Shown piece by piece: positions 12,922 through 26,281 of a stretch of DNA of 64,000 nucleotides. Both the position numbers and the translations under genes were made by a program. Below the pieces are notes generated by a model. It worked only from the letters and a program-made list of their open reading frames with translations, searched no databases and was not told where the DNA came from. The first letter of the stretch is position 1. Each line of letters opens with the position of its first letter. This DNA comes from Camelus dromedarius. Taxonomy: Eukaryota. The stretch is taken from positions 102,922,001 through 102,986,000 of the forward strand of contig NC_087472.1 of assembly GCF_036321535.1 (NCBI RefSeq), read 5' to 3'.

Positions 12922-13657
12922 TTCCCTTAATTCATGTCAAAGAGATCAGGCAAAGATCATGGAAGACTCTTATAGATCAGCTAATCTTTATCCTTCATCC
13001 TCAAGGCAAGAAATGAGAGTAATTAACTGGTGGTTTTATTACCATCACCACATTTTACATTTCAGCCTTGCCTGATTTATCCCAGGTCATCCCAGTATAT
13101 TACCAAAATCCATTCCAATATCACTCTTTATTGTCAACATACATGTTGACCAAATTCCATAAATCATATGATTTGCAACTTCATTTTGCAGGGCAGGAGG
13201 TGGCTTTCTCAGAGACTTTATACTCTCTGTGGCCTTTCATATTATCAAGTCTTTTCTCTTCCTCTGATTTATTTGTTTAACAGCTACTTCCTTAGTTACT
13301 ATATGTGCCGAGCACTATGCAAGGCACAAGATATTCAGTCATAAGCAAAACAGACAGAGCTTCCACTATGATGATATTAAATGACAAATTGCATATAGAG
13401 AGAATTACTTGTAACTGTGGTGAGGGTTAGGAAGAAAATGTTTAGGAGAATCTGAAAAAGTAGAACAAAGACTCACAAGTTAGATTTAGGAGTCAGGTAA
13501 AGCCTCTCTAAGAATGTAACATTTAACTTATGTCAAGGAAGAGTTGGCCCACCAGAAAGTTGAGGATTTTTCAGAAGGAAGAAGTACATGTAAGAAGGCC
13601 TTGAGGCAAGAAGAGTCTAGAGTCTCAGATGAACTGAAAGGTTAGTGTGTCTAGAAC

Positions 13658-14063
13658 TGCGTTGTTCAGTATGATAGCCACTAGTCACACGTGGCTATTG
13701 GACACTCTAAGTGTGGAAACAAGAAAAATTTGTAAGAATGCTTTATTGATACTGATAAATTTTGAATTGCTTTTTGATTTCCACAATACTCCTTTAAATT
13801 AAATGCTAATATACTGAATTGATACAAGAGTTAGTGAATTTGCTTGACTAGAACAGACACACATAGTTTTGAGACTGACATACTTTTGCTCAAATCAATT
13901 CTTCTAAAACAGATAAACCAGTTTTGTCAATATGGTTGTTGATATTAAAGGGAAATTAACTTTTTGTCACTTGATTCAGTTACTGGGAACTTTCAGGTAT
14001 TCTTGGAACAAACCAGATATGTGAATCTTGTTTTTCAACAGCAAGTTTTATGAACTGTAAATA
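13658..14063. mobile_element. hAT-Charlie (MER3/MER33/Charlie1-like) fragment
   Basis: ctgcgttgttcagtatgatagccactagtcacacgtggctattg terminal motif, followed by AT-rich internal-like sequence. Confidence 0.55.
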
Positions 14064-15005
14064 CTGAAGGGATGAATAGCCCACAAAGTGGTAAGAAAAT
14101 TACTCTAAACTGAAAATATCTGTACAATCAACAGCCATAGAAAGACACATTATTTAAACTTAAGCAGAGCCTCCCCAGAATATAGCCACCATTAATTGCC
14201 TCCCTTCAAGGGAGTTTCCTGATTGGGAAAGACTGACCCTTGGTACCAGGAAGTGTAACTTCAGCTGTCAGCATTAAAAAGCCTAATAGACCCTTTCATA
14301 CTTCCCCTTCAAAGCTCTAAACAACCACCCCCTTTTGTTAAATTGATTCACAAACCTTTATCTCTGTACCAACTCAGTATATTAGCACATGTGAGTAAAT
14401 TTTGTCTTTTCTTCTGTTAATCTGTTTATCATCAGTTAATTTATAGACCCCCAACTGATGGACCCAAGTTAGAAGAGGAAAAACTACTTCCGTCCAACTG
14501 TTTTGGCAATTGAGGACATGCTGGTTGAGAGACTGTAGCTGAGAACCATGACCTCTGACCAAGCTGGTTAAGGTATACTTTTTTTTTCAACTAATCAGAT
14601 TCCTTTGCTCAGGTCCAGTCAAGTGGAGGCAGCAAGAGCCTCTCCTTGTCTTTGCTAGGAGAGATTTTCCAAAATTTACCAAAGAAAATATGGGGTTAGA
14701 ACTAGTTCTTTGGATACTGTGACTCTTGTTAGAGAGAGCCATTGTGTCCCGTCTTCAGCAAGATCTGTCTGGCTGTACTTTGGAGAATGGCTTGGAGGAA
14801 AGCAAAAATGGGGTACCAGTGAGCATGTTCTCTCTAAAGCTCAGGGCATGTGTGGATGTTCCACATCTTTGAGACAAAAATGTGCTCAAGGTGGTGAGTC
14901 TTCAAGAAAGACCATGCCCATCACAGGTGTCTGAGTTTGCCTCTGTGAAGAGCGCTCTAAGTTACCACGGAGGTCTTTGAATCCTCAAACATTTCAGTGA
15001 TGCCC
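14064..15005 (+). mobile_element. ERV1 LTR (to about 14498) followed by probable truncated internal leader
   Basis: The LTR 3' end (tttcttctgttaatctgt...agaggaaaaactacttccgtccaac) resembles those of the neighbouring LTRs and is followed by gttttggc at the PBS position. No TSD seen. Confidence 0.55.
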
Positions 15006-16261
15006 ACTTGTGTGAACTTGTTACCACAGTGTACCTCACTGGTCTAGTCCAGTTGTATTCAAACTTTTGTTTAATACTGGGCCCCAATAAAACAGAACTG
15101 CACTGGCTGGAGCTGGGGTAGGGATTCAGAGCCCCAGCCACTCACTCGACCCCTTGTAGTGGAAGCCTTCAGAAAGGTCTTCAGAGCCTAGTTTGGAAAC
15201 CAGTAAGATATAGTGAATATGTTACATTTACCATGGCCACAATCTGTAGCAGTGGCCTGTACAAAATTACTGTGGATGACCACAAACAGGTAAAAGACAT
15301 TGTCTAAAATATTTAGAGGAAAAATGCAGGTGAGGAATAAGGTTAGTCAGTAAGGAATATCAAGGATGCTGGATCCCAGCTCACCCTCCATCTGGGCAGG
15401 CTCCAGATCTATAAGAGTTAAACATATCTAGAACAGCAAAATTTATGAATATCTAAAATGTCTAACAAAAGGGATTTAAAAATGTTCGTTATACATCTGC
15501 ATATTAACTATACTACTTTTAAAATTTACAACAGAAGGTTAAGTGAACAGGGCAGCTATGCAAATTTCATGTGCATTCTGAGGGACTGCATAAAATATGT
15601 ATAAATACGAACAGAGACAAAAAGAAAATTCACAAAGGTGAACCAGATTATTTTGTTACTATGGTGATTTGTGAGGAGTTATTTTTTACTTTTAATAACA
15701 TTCCCCTTAATATGATATTCGTTTTTAATTTTTTAAAAAAGACTCAAAAATTCTTTTCTGAAAGATAAGCTGTAAAAATAAGAATATAAAATGTAAAAAG
15801 AAAATGCCAGAAGAGCAAAAATGTTTTCTAAAGTGTCAAGGAGAGGAAAAGATTCTTTCCCTCATCATACTGTCAGCGTCATTAAGATGGAAAATCAAAA
15901 GTTGTTCCCAGGAACAACTGCTGGAGCCATGGGGATCTCAGTTGGAAATTTCATAACTGCTTTCTCAAGCTGTTATACAGAGGAATTATGAGCATAAAAT
16001 ACAACTTTGCAAGTGATGTGTTCTGCATATTTCAGAATACCCATAAAGTTATTTCCTTAAATTACTACAGTTTACATGAGAATTCTCCATACTCAAATAT
16101 TCACGTTATTTTCTAACAGATTTATTTTAAACTTCATTTTGAAATATTCTTAATTGGCTTACTGATCCTCTTGAGTGTCTCCTTTTAGAAATCTATATAT
16201 TACTTACTGGGAATCTAGCCAATGTTTAAGAAATTTTATTTTTTATTTATTTTTTTGCTAA

Positions 16262-16812
16262 AGTAGTACAGGAAAAAATAATTTTCCCTCCACCCTTCTA
16301 GGTTCTTGGCTGAGACCTCCCTGTGAGAAAAAGACAGATTAACAGGAGAAAAACAAACAAGTTTAATAACATGTGTACCTCCTGTATACATGGGAGAGAT
16401 CCAGGAAAACTGAGTAACTCTCGGAAATGTCCCAAGGTGCTACCTTAAGTAACATCTCCAATTAAAGACAAAAGAAGATGTTGAGGGGCAGGGGGGGCCA
16501 GTCAAGCGAAGATACTAGGAAAAGCACAGTAAATAAAGGTAAGGTTGTTATGCAGATTTAAGTCTTTGCCTTCTTCATTGTTAAGAGTTTCTAGAGATTG
16601 AGAATCATCCTTCTCTTCCTGGTACAGAGAGGGAGACATCCTTACAAACGGAGATTTTCCTTACAAATGGACTTGTCTCTTACAAAAGGGTAATTTCTCA
16701 GCTCAGTTTTCAAGAGCTTCTTCTGTGTTGTCTGTTTCTCAAAAATGACCAGCTTAAGATAATTGTATGTCAAAGGGGCATATTTTGGGGTGGTATGTTT
16801 TGGTCCTCTTCA
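16262..16812 (-). mobile_element. ERV1 solo LTR (MER34-like)
   Basis: Reverse complement of the 1278/9406 family; TSD ctaa at 16258-16261 and 16813-16816. Confidence 0.87.
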
Positions 16813-17498
16813 CTAATAAGCAATATCCTTAAACTTGAGAGGAAGCTTCAGGAAACTGGGTGGCCCAGCAGCTTTCCAAAGACAAAATACTCACAGCCCC
16901 CAGATGGGCATTGTTCTGCTTAGTTTAGAAAGAGGCAGGAGAGAGCCTTGGGGGAGATCTGAAAGATCGAAATAACTAATATGACAGCCTCAAATTACTA
17001 ACACCCTCTGTTTGGAAAGTGAAAAGGCTATTTTTAAAAAAAAATCAATAAATCAATGGATTAACATCTGAACTAATTTGTGGGAAGAAAGGAATACTTG
17101 CAACCCATTCCCTTTCCAGAGTTCTGCAGCTAAGCTTTTTTGATTTTATTTTTTTTATTTTGATTTGCTTTTTGTTTTTACCTCAGAGAAAACTGAAAGA
17201 CCAATTTCTGATCTTTCAGCTCCGCTGAATGTGTTTGAGATCTTTATTCAGTTTTTACAACTCCCCTAAAGAAGCTTCTGCACTGGGAAAAAAACTTCAC
17301 AATTAAGAACTTTATAATCTAGAGCCTTCCCTCCCTCCCTCCATCCCCAAGTAAAAGATACCACGTTTTACACGAAAGCATCTTACAGACAGGCTCACTT
17401 TCTAATTTTTCCTCATTGTTTATCTCCACGTCTATCTGTCCACTTTTATTCTGGCCCTGAGTTAGCACACTTATAAACCAGAAATAAGGTCATCATTA

Positions 17499-18000
17499 TG
17501 CGAACGAAAAATACTGCAAACCATATCAGTAAACAAAGAATGCTGAAGCCATCAAGTCATCAGCCGCTGCCGCCACCCCCCACAGTGAAGACAAGCCTGC
17601 AGCCCAGCCTCTGCGGCCACTCACAATGGTGCCCTCTGAGGGGACTTAGAATAAGAAAGGACAGGATACTGGCCCTAGATAACTAGGTGCTTGTCAAAGG
17701 AATGAATTCAATGAGCCCAAATGTTTGCTTCCTCCCATACGTAGAAAAGCACTAAATTCTTTAACTTGAGATGCCTGGTTTTCTTTAGATAACAAGTAAT
17801 CTTTTATTGTTCCAACTACCTGGTCTTTGTTGTAAAGCTCCTATATATATCCTAGCTCCTCCCCTACCTCTTAGGAGCAGTCCCTCAGAGCGATCTGAGA
17901 GGCTGTTATCCCAGGCTCAAAAGGGTTTGAGTCCTCAGAAATGTCCGCCAAATAAAACATAACTCTCAACTTTTAGGCTGTGCATTTATTTCAGTTGACA
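17499..18000 (+). mobile_element. ERV1-type solo LTR, distinct family, probably younger
   Basis: TG...CA termini, TATA-like ctatatatat at about 17841, AATAAA at about 17951, exact TSD atta at 17495-17498 and 18001-18004, several retained CpGs. Confidence 0.85.
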
Positions 18001-19086
18001 ATTAGCATGGGGAGAGAGCAGTGGAGGAAGGAGAAGGAACAGAAGCCAGGCTGGATTCTTGGGCAAAGAGACAGTGAAAGAGAGTAGGTAAATGGTCTCA
18101 TGATATAATTTTAAGCATTATTTAATATTTTCCAGAAGGCCAGAAAAGTTTTCTGGGTCTGATAAGTAGTCTTGATTTAGGCCAGTGGAGTCCTGCCCAG
18201 TAAGGCAGCATGCCTCCACCCGCTGTCGGATGTCCTTCCTCTAGTGTAATGGCTAATGGAAAGGGAGATGTCTTTTACCTATTATGAGGCTAGTAGGTGA
18301 GGTAAGTGTCTGTGTCAGGCTAGAGAAACATGTCTGAAATAGGTTGTCAAAGCCAGGATACCAAAAGCAAGAGTTCAGGAACCAGGGATGATGGGAATAT
18401 GAGGAACAGCTCCCATCAAGCAAAGGAGGAAAGTCTGAAAGTCCAGAAAGAGTAGTAGAATGCCATAACTGGGTCCTCCTTTTTGAACGGGTGGAATAGC
18501 TAGATTTGATGGATAAATGGAAAGCCATAGTGGAACTTTGGAAGTCTACATAGATAATTGCACATTCTGGTTGGGTTCACAAGATGACATAAAAAGACCA
18601 TGGAACGTAAGGCAACTGACTCTTACTCATGAATCATTCCAGGAACAACCCCCCTCTCCTGCTCCAGCAATACCCTTTATTTCCTAGACACAAAGATGAG
18701 ATAATTTCACGAACATATGCATAGCTATGCAGTGGTGGCTAAACAAACTAGGTTCCTGATGGTGGTTCATAAAAACATATTTGCTTCAATTTCAGTTGTC
18801 TCAAGACCATTTATGCATTTACACTGGGTATGAGACAAGACTCTTTTTGTTACAAAAACTAAAATCCAACCCAAACTTTCATAAATAAAGAAAGGGACTC
18901 ACTTACGTAGCTAAGAAAGTTCTTATGATAGTTCACAGAACTGAATGAGGAGATCCAAAGAGCAACACCCTGGTGGGTCAGCAGAGTCAGGGAATGTAAA
19001 GCAAGGACTGAGAGTTACAGAGTCAAAGAATGGGGGATGATGAAATGAGAAGGAACATGTCTCAACAGGCCAATGAGAAGAATCTG

Positions 19087-19306
19087 CTCACAGCAAAAAA
19101 AAAAAAAGTGACAATGAATATATGTATGTTCATGTATAACTGAAAAATTGTGCTCTACACTGGAATTTGACACAGTGTTGTAAAATGACTATAACTCAAT
19201 AAAAAATGTTTAAAAAAAATAACACCATCATCAAAGATACCTAATCCCTTTTCCAAAAATAGTAAAATTGTGATAAGGACAAAAAAAAAAAAAAAAAAAA
19301 AAAAAA
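19087..19306 (+). mobile_element. Short young L1 3' end plus 61-bp extra segment and second poly(A)
   Basis: 19087-19219 matches the L1 end at about 41189-41317. TSD agaaga(a/g)tctg at 19076-19086 and 19307-19317. Confidence 0.85.
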
Positions 19307-21070
19307 AGAAGAGTCTGGAAGAAGTCCAGAGTCAGGGACTAAAACAAGAAACTCAATGTCCTCTGGTTTTCCTTTATCCCTCATCTCCGCTCATGCTCAT
19401 CTCTGCTTCTCCTTGTGTATTAGCTCATTCTCTCCTACTAGAAGCAATCTTGGTACATATGGTAAATTTAACATCTTTTAACAGTTCCTGGCATACATCC
19501 TAACACAGAATCCAAGAGAAAGAGTCATCTCCCATGCACAAACACTTTGAATCTAGAAAATTCTACAGAAAACTCTAACAGGCCTAGCTTGGGTCACATG
19601 TCTATCCCCTGGACCAATTACTGTGGTCGCTGTGTCAAATGCCCATTGCTGTGGCAAGGGGACAAGAAGCTGTGATCCAAAATCCCACTAGAACACATGG
19701 ACATGGAGCTGGGGGGAGAAATTCCCCAAAGGGAAGAGAATGCTGAGCCAGAAGAGGGATATGAAAGGATCATGGGCAGATGAAATAACAGCCACCCAAG
19801 TCCTTTTGTATCTTCCACCCTCCATATTATCAAAGAATGATTGTTCCCAAGGACAAGCCACAATCAACTATTGTAAACAATGGTATGAAACCATTTATCT
19901 AGTGATGTCACTTATTTACAAACACAACCAAACCTCAGTTTTTTAAAGAGGAAAGCTGAGAGTATTAGTAAAAATGTAATAAAGCTTAGTTTTTTCACAT
20001 AGTTGTCAGAGCAACAATGATGGTGCAGAAGTATATATCTGCAAATTTGCAAAGCTGATTGAGACCTCTTTTGTAACCCTCACATTACAGGAGAGAAAGC
20101 TTGGTCTCTGGGGAATTCTGTGTCCAGACAATTCCCAAGGCTTGCAAGGAAAAAGGGCAGGATCAGAACACAGATCTTCTGTCATCCAGCCCGGCATCCT
20201 TTCCATTGGAGGGAGCAGTACCTAAATATAAATAACAGCTCATTTTCCACTTTTAAAATGGAAGAATGTCAAATGTTACTTTTTTCCATGAAGAATATCT
20301 GCTTATCCATGGAAAATTTTATTTTCTACCAAACATAACTCCTTCAGCATGACACTGATGGCATATTCCTTCACAGTTTTAAGTACACTACTGATGTTCC
20401 TTTCAATCAACAAAACGCGCCTCATTAAAAATAAGAGAGCTGAACTAAAAAAAAATTACTGTCAGAAAAACACCAAAAAAAATGTTTTGAAAGCAAGAAG
20501 ATGGCATGATAGATACAGCTTTATGTGATTTTAAATTAGCTTGAATTAGAAAATTTCTCAAAAAACAATACTTTATTTATATTTAAAATTTCCCATGATT
20601 TTTTAAAATAAGGCAACTACATAGCAAATTTAAATCACACAACCAAGTCTACACATTAAAAAAGGAAAGTCTAATAAAATATTGCTTTCCTGTGACAAGA
20701 AAGAACAGAATATGGAAACCAGAATATTTGTTTTCCTGAAAACTTGGGTAAAAGTCACCTTAGGTCTATTCATTTAACATAATTTTGCAGATAAGGCTAT
20801 TTTTTAAAAAAGGAAATTAAAAAAAATATTTTAGACATTATTTCTGAAACAGTGGAATTAGTTTGAAGTTAATAATGGTCCAGTTTATACTCACATTAAT
20901 CACAAGGCCTCTTTAATACAACTCAATGCATATTTTTTTGAGTTTCCTCCATGTGTGAGGTCTTTTAAGGATGAAAAGATAAGACACTCACTCATGCATC
21001 CAATCAACATATATTAAAGTGTCATCTCTGTGAAATAGAGGGTGAAAAAAAATGAGTATGTATAATCTAC

Positions 21071-21578
21071 AGTAAAGGAGGAAAATTTATTTTTCCTACT
21101 GTCCTCCTAGGTTCTCAGGCTGGGGCCCTGTAAAGTGGACTGACAAAAGACAGATTAACAAGAGAAAAACATACAAGTTTATTTAATGGAAGCTTTACAT
21201 AACATGAGAACCTTCATGAGGAAATGAAGACCAGAAGACATGGTTAAATTTGAGTGTTTTAATACTAGGTCTGATGAAGAGTGGAGAGTTGTGGGAAAAT
21301 GTGAGAGGACAAAAGGGTATGAGCTAAGGGTTGTCAACCTGAGCAAGGCCTCTTCATTCAGATTCCTTTCGGTGTCCCTCCATCTTCTATAAGGGTGCCC
21401 CTTTCCTTCAGGTAATGGGAGGACATCTCTCACTTGAGGGTCTTATGACCTGCCTTGGAGCAGATCAGGGCGGTGAGAGAGTCCTTCTTGCACCTGCCAT
21501 TTCTCACATTCCTTCAGCTTAAAATATTCGATATGCCCAGGTGCCATATTTTGTGGTAGTGTGTTCTGAATCCCATCA
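21071..21578 (-). mobile_element. ERV1 solo LTR (same subfamily as 12432-12921)
   Basis: ccttcagcttaaaatattc...gccatattttgtggtagtgtgttctgaatcccatca; TSD ctac/ctgc. Confidence 0.85.
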
Positions 21579-21674
21579 CTGCTATTGAAGGGCTGATAAT
21601 TCCAAGGGATCAGACAAGGGAACAGGAACTTAGAGAAATGCACTTATGAGGACAAGAAGGCAGAGAAGAGAGAT

Positions 21675-22190
21675 CCTAACTCTGCCTAAGTATATCAGGG
21701 GAAGCTTCCCAAGGTCTGAGATCAGCTGAATCCCAAACAGGGATTCCTAAAGCAGATTTTGTGGTACTCCACCCACATCCAGTGGCCATCATCCTATGCA
21801 GATGGTCTCTTTGTGTAAGTACCTGAACTTTCTGCTTTTGGGACTTCTCTATCCACAAAAGCAAGCTTGGCCCTCACACCAGATAGGTGGGGGAGTACAA
21901 GGGAGTTATAGCTGTGAGAAGCAGCCCTCAGCCAGTGGAGAATGGGAGCTGGTGTATAAACATCCCAACTTCTTCATCCTTGAAAGGGGTAATGCCTTAG
22001 AAGCCTGAGGAATGGAGCCCAGTTTTCCATAGGAATAACCTTCTCATCAACACATCTCATACTACATTCCTTCCCTTCCTATCTCAATTCCCTATGCCTC
22101 TACCTGTGCTTCCTGAGATTCCCCCAAGTAAACAACTTATACTCAAATTCTTGCCTCAAAGCCTACGTCTATGGAGCCCAACCTAAGAAA
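21675..22190 (+). mobile_element. Old ERVL LTR (LTR16/33-like)
   Basis: 3' motif gtaaacaacttatactcaaattcttgcctcaaagcctacgtctatggagcccaacctaaga. Confidence 0.55.
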
Positions 22191-22356
22191 ATAAACAAAA
22201 CAATTGGGAAGCCTATTTATGAGCTAAATAATGGTGGTGGTTTTAAGCAGCTAAGTTTTGGGAATGTATTGTTATGCAGCAAAAACTAACAGATACAAAC
22301 CAAAATATAAGAACTGAGAAGAAACTATAATTGAGGTAGGAAGAAAATCAAGAGAG

Positions 22357-22545
22357 TAGTGGCTCTCAAACTTTATCTTGGATCAGAATATCCTAGAGAG
22401 CTTGTTAAAACACAGATTGCTGGGTCCCATCCCCAGAGTTTCTGATTCAGTTGATCTGGGTCAAGGTTCAAGAATTTTCATTTCTAACAAGTTCCCAAAT
22501 GATGCTGTTGCTGGTGGCCCAGAGACTACATTTTGAGAATCACTG
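22357..22545. mobile_element. MER5A DNA transposon
   Basis: Inverted termini agtggctctcaaa...ttgagaatcactg; internal cttgttaaaacacagattgctggg..cccagagtttctgattcag. Confidence 0.9.
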
Positions 22546-24633
22546 CAGTCAGTTCATAGAAGCCAAAAGAGAAAATATTTGGAGAATAGAGCAGTATGCA
22601 ACTCTTTAAAATGCCACAGGGAGATCTAGTCAAATGAAGACCAAATAATGATAACTGGATCTCACAGATTATGACCAATGGCAACATTAATGGTAGCAGT
22701 TCCAATGGGGTGGTGGGTTTGGAAGCCAGTTCGGAGTAAGCTGAGGAGAGAACAGGAGGTGAGAAGCCAAAAACAACACATAGAGACAGCTCTTACAACA
22801 AAAATGCCAGGAATGAAGAACAAAGGGAGACATAGGGATGAGAAGGTTTTAATTGGGGGGAAATCGGGAATATATAGAATGGGTTTGTATGCTTATAGAA
22901 GAAATCCAGTGGAGAAGAAAAATGATGTAGGAAAAAGGAAGGATAATGGCAGAAGCAGAGTCCTTGGGGACAGAGCCAGAGCACCTTTGATAGAAGAAGG
23001 CATTAACTTATATTGTAATTGGATGAAAGATGGAAAATATGGAAAAGATGGCTTTCTGTCTTAATGACTTCAGTTTCTCAATTAAGTATAAGATGTCATC
23101 AGCTAAGAGTGAAGGGAGGGAAAAGGGGACAGAGGCACTAGGGGAAAAGATGTGAGATTGCAATCTCTTGATGAGAAACAAACCTACTTTCTCCTTGAGG
23201 TGAAAATATCCATTAACATGATGGGTTATCACTTAGGGATGAAGATACAGACCACTGAAATGGGACATTTATTTCATGCAAACAATTTGCACACCTTGTA
23301 CCCAGACAAAAATGGAACTGAGTACATATATTAGTAGATCAGAACTCAATAATTCTCCAGTTTTGTTTTGCTTTGAAAAGATTCTGGGTGTTTTCTAGGA
23401 ATGCATAAGAATTATTACAACCAAGCATGGCTGGGAATTATTTACAATGATATGGGATGATTTCTGGAATACATAAAAGTAAAATTGCAGTCTATGCTGT
23501 CTGATGGACTATACTAGAACCCCAATTTGCAACTGTACTATGAATTCTCCTCTTAGAAAGAATAGGCTTTTGGTGTGGGCTTTAATAGAATTTTAAGATC
23601 TAACTCTTAGTGATCCATGAAGTATGACTATTACGAAGATGGTCTTATAAAAACTGTCCATCCAAAACTGTTTGTCTGAGACCTGCTTAAATGTAATGTG
23701 TGGTATATTTTCACTGGTTGATTTTTATGTTTGGTTTAGTTTTATTTTATTACTTGGAGAACATTGTGTTTTCTGGATGTCCCTGATTGACTTTGTTACT
23801 TTGGTGAAGATTTTGAGTACTAGGTGAGGTATAGTATATATTTTTTAAATCTACTGATGAGATTAAGATCAAGCTAGAGATTAATAAATGTATACTTAGA
23901 ATCATGTAAAAATTCTTGTTATTAGTCTAATCTAAGTGGGTTGATTATTTATAAAGATGAGTGGAACAGAGGCCTGTCCTTTTGCATTGGAGATCCCCTA
24001 TGAAGCTAACTTTAAAAAAAATTCTGTTCCATGGATTAGTACCTATACATCTTGCCTTCCAAAAGCAATCCAAAGCTTCTATGAAGTGAGGTAGTACCCA
24101 AATCCTGTGTGTGGTGCACGAGATGGGGTTTATGGAGAGAACCCAGATGAGCTGGAAGGTGTCTCATTACAATAACCATAATTTCCAAATAAGTTTTCTG
24201 AGGAGGTATAAGTAAGTGGGATGTTAAAGTCATCTACTATTGTGCTGCTGTCAATTCCTCCTCTTAGGTCTGTTCATAATTGTTTTACATATTTTGGTGC
24301 TCCTATGTTAGGTGCATATATATTAATAAATGTTATGTCTTCTTGATGGATTATCCCTTCTATTATTATATAATGTCCATCTTTGTTTCTTGTTACCTTT
24401 TTTTGGCTTGACGCCTATTTTCTCTGATATGAATATGGTTACAACCACTTTCTTTTGGCTGCCATTTGCTTGGAGTATCATTTTCCATCCCTTCACTTTG
24501 AGACTATGTTTGTCTTTAGAGCTGAGCTGAGTCTCCTGGAGGCAGCATATAGTTGGATCTTGTTTTTTAAGCCATCCATACACTCTATGTCTTTTAATTG
24601 GTGAATTCAATCCAGTTATATTTAGGGTGATTA

Positions 24634-25383
24634 CTTTTTAAATTGAAGTATAGTCAATTTACAATGTTGTGTTGATTTCTGATGTACAGCATAGTAATTC
24701 ATTTATATATATGTGTGTATTATATATATATATATTCCTTTTCGTTATAGGCCATTACAAGATATTGAATATAATTCCCTGTGCTATACAGTAGGACCTT
24801 GTTGTTTATCTATTTTATATATAGTAGCTAGTATCTACAAGTCCTGAACTCCCAATTTATCCCTCCCCACCCCCTTTCTGCTCTGGTAACCATAAATTTG
24901 TTTTTTATATCTGTGAGTCTGTTTTGTAAATAAGTTCATTTGTGTCTTTTTCTTTTTTTTTTTTTTTAGAGTCCACATATAAATGATATCATATGGTATT
25001 TTTCTTTCTCTTTCTGGCTTACTTCACTTAGTATAATGATCTACAGGTCCATCCATGTTGCTGCAAATGGCATTATTTCATTATTTTTTATGGCTGAGTA
25101 ATATGTTTATATATATACCACAACTTCTTTATCCAGTCATCTGTAGATGGACATTTAGGTTGCTTCTATGTCTTGGCTATTGTAAAGAGTACTGCTGTGA
25201 ATATTGGGGTGCATGTATCTTTTCAAATAGAATTTCCTCCAGATATATGCCCAGGAGTGGGACTGCTGGATAATAGGGCAAGTCTATTTTTAGGTTTTTA
25301 CGGAACCGCCATACTGTTTTCCTTAATGGCTGTACCAAACTACATTCCCACCAACAGTGTAGGAGGGTTCCCTTTTCTCCACA
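24634..25383 (-). mobile_element. Younger 5'-truncated L1 nested in the older L1
   Basis: ORF2 C-terminus plus 3' UTR; TSD tagggtgatta at 24623-24633 and 25384-25394. Confidence 0.92.
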
Positions 25384-26177
25384 TAGGGTGATTATTAATA
25401 TAAGAAGACTTAGTACTATGATTTTATCTTTTATTTTCTGGTTGCTCTATATTTCCATGTTTCTTTTTCCTTGTGTTTCAGCTGCCATTTTAGTTTGGTG
25501 GTTTTCTAAGGTGTCTTTCTCAGTTTCCTCTTTTTTGTGTTTCATGTTTCTGCTCTAGATTTTTGTTTTGTGGTTACCATGAGGTTTGTATAAAATGTCT
25601 CATAGATAAAATAGTCCCTTTTCTGCTGATAGCATCTTGTCTTCATTTGCCTTACAGATTCCATCCTTTTCCTCTTCCTCTTCTGTTTCTGTTGTTACAA
25701 AATATCCCTTTTTATGTTGTGAGTTTGTCACCAAACTGAAGGAAGTATAGTTACTTTTAATGCTTTCTCCTCTTTAACCTTACACTACAAGTAAGTGTTT
25801 AACAACCTATTCTAATATAAAGTTGCAATGTTCTGATTCTTTCTGTCTAGTTACCATCTTATTCAAAGTTGTGTACACTTTTGCCTTTTTGTTTCAGGTA
25901 GAAGAGTTCCTTTCAGCACTTCCTGTAAGGCAGTTCTAATGATGAACTCCCTCAGCTTCTGTTTGCCTAGAAAACATTTATTTCTCCTTTATACAAGGAA
26001 GGTGACTCTGCTGGAGAGGTATTCTTGGCTGAAAATTTTTATCTTTTAATATTTTGAGTACATTATTCTATTCTATCCTGGCCTGTAAGAGCTTCTGCTG
26101 AGAAATCTGCTGATAACCTAACAGAGGTACCTTTGTAGATTACCATCTTTTTTTCTGACTGCTTTTAAAATTCTTTC

Positions 26178-26281
26178 CTTTTTAAATTAATTTTATTTTT
26201 TAAAATGGAGGTATTGGGGATTGAACCCGGGACCTTGTCATTCTAGGCATGCATTCTACCACTGAGCTATACCCTCCCTCC
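26178..26281 (-). mobile_element. tRNA-derived SINE (camelid Vic-1-like)
   Basis: The minus strand reads gggagggtatagctcagtggtagaatgcatgcctag...cccgggttcaatccccaatacctccat plus an A-rich tail, with pol III A and B boxes. TSD taaaattctttc at 26166-26177 and 26282-26293. Confidence 0.88.

Noticed and set aside
26200..26281. tRNA gene
   Set aside because: The cloverleaf is degenerate; the A-rich tail and TSD show it is a SINE.
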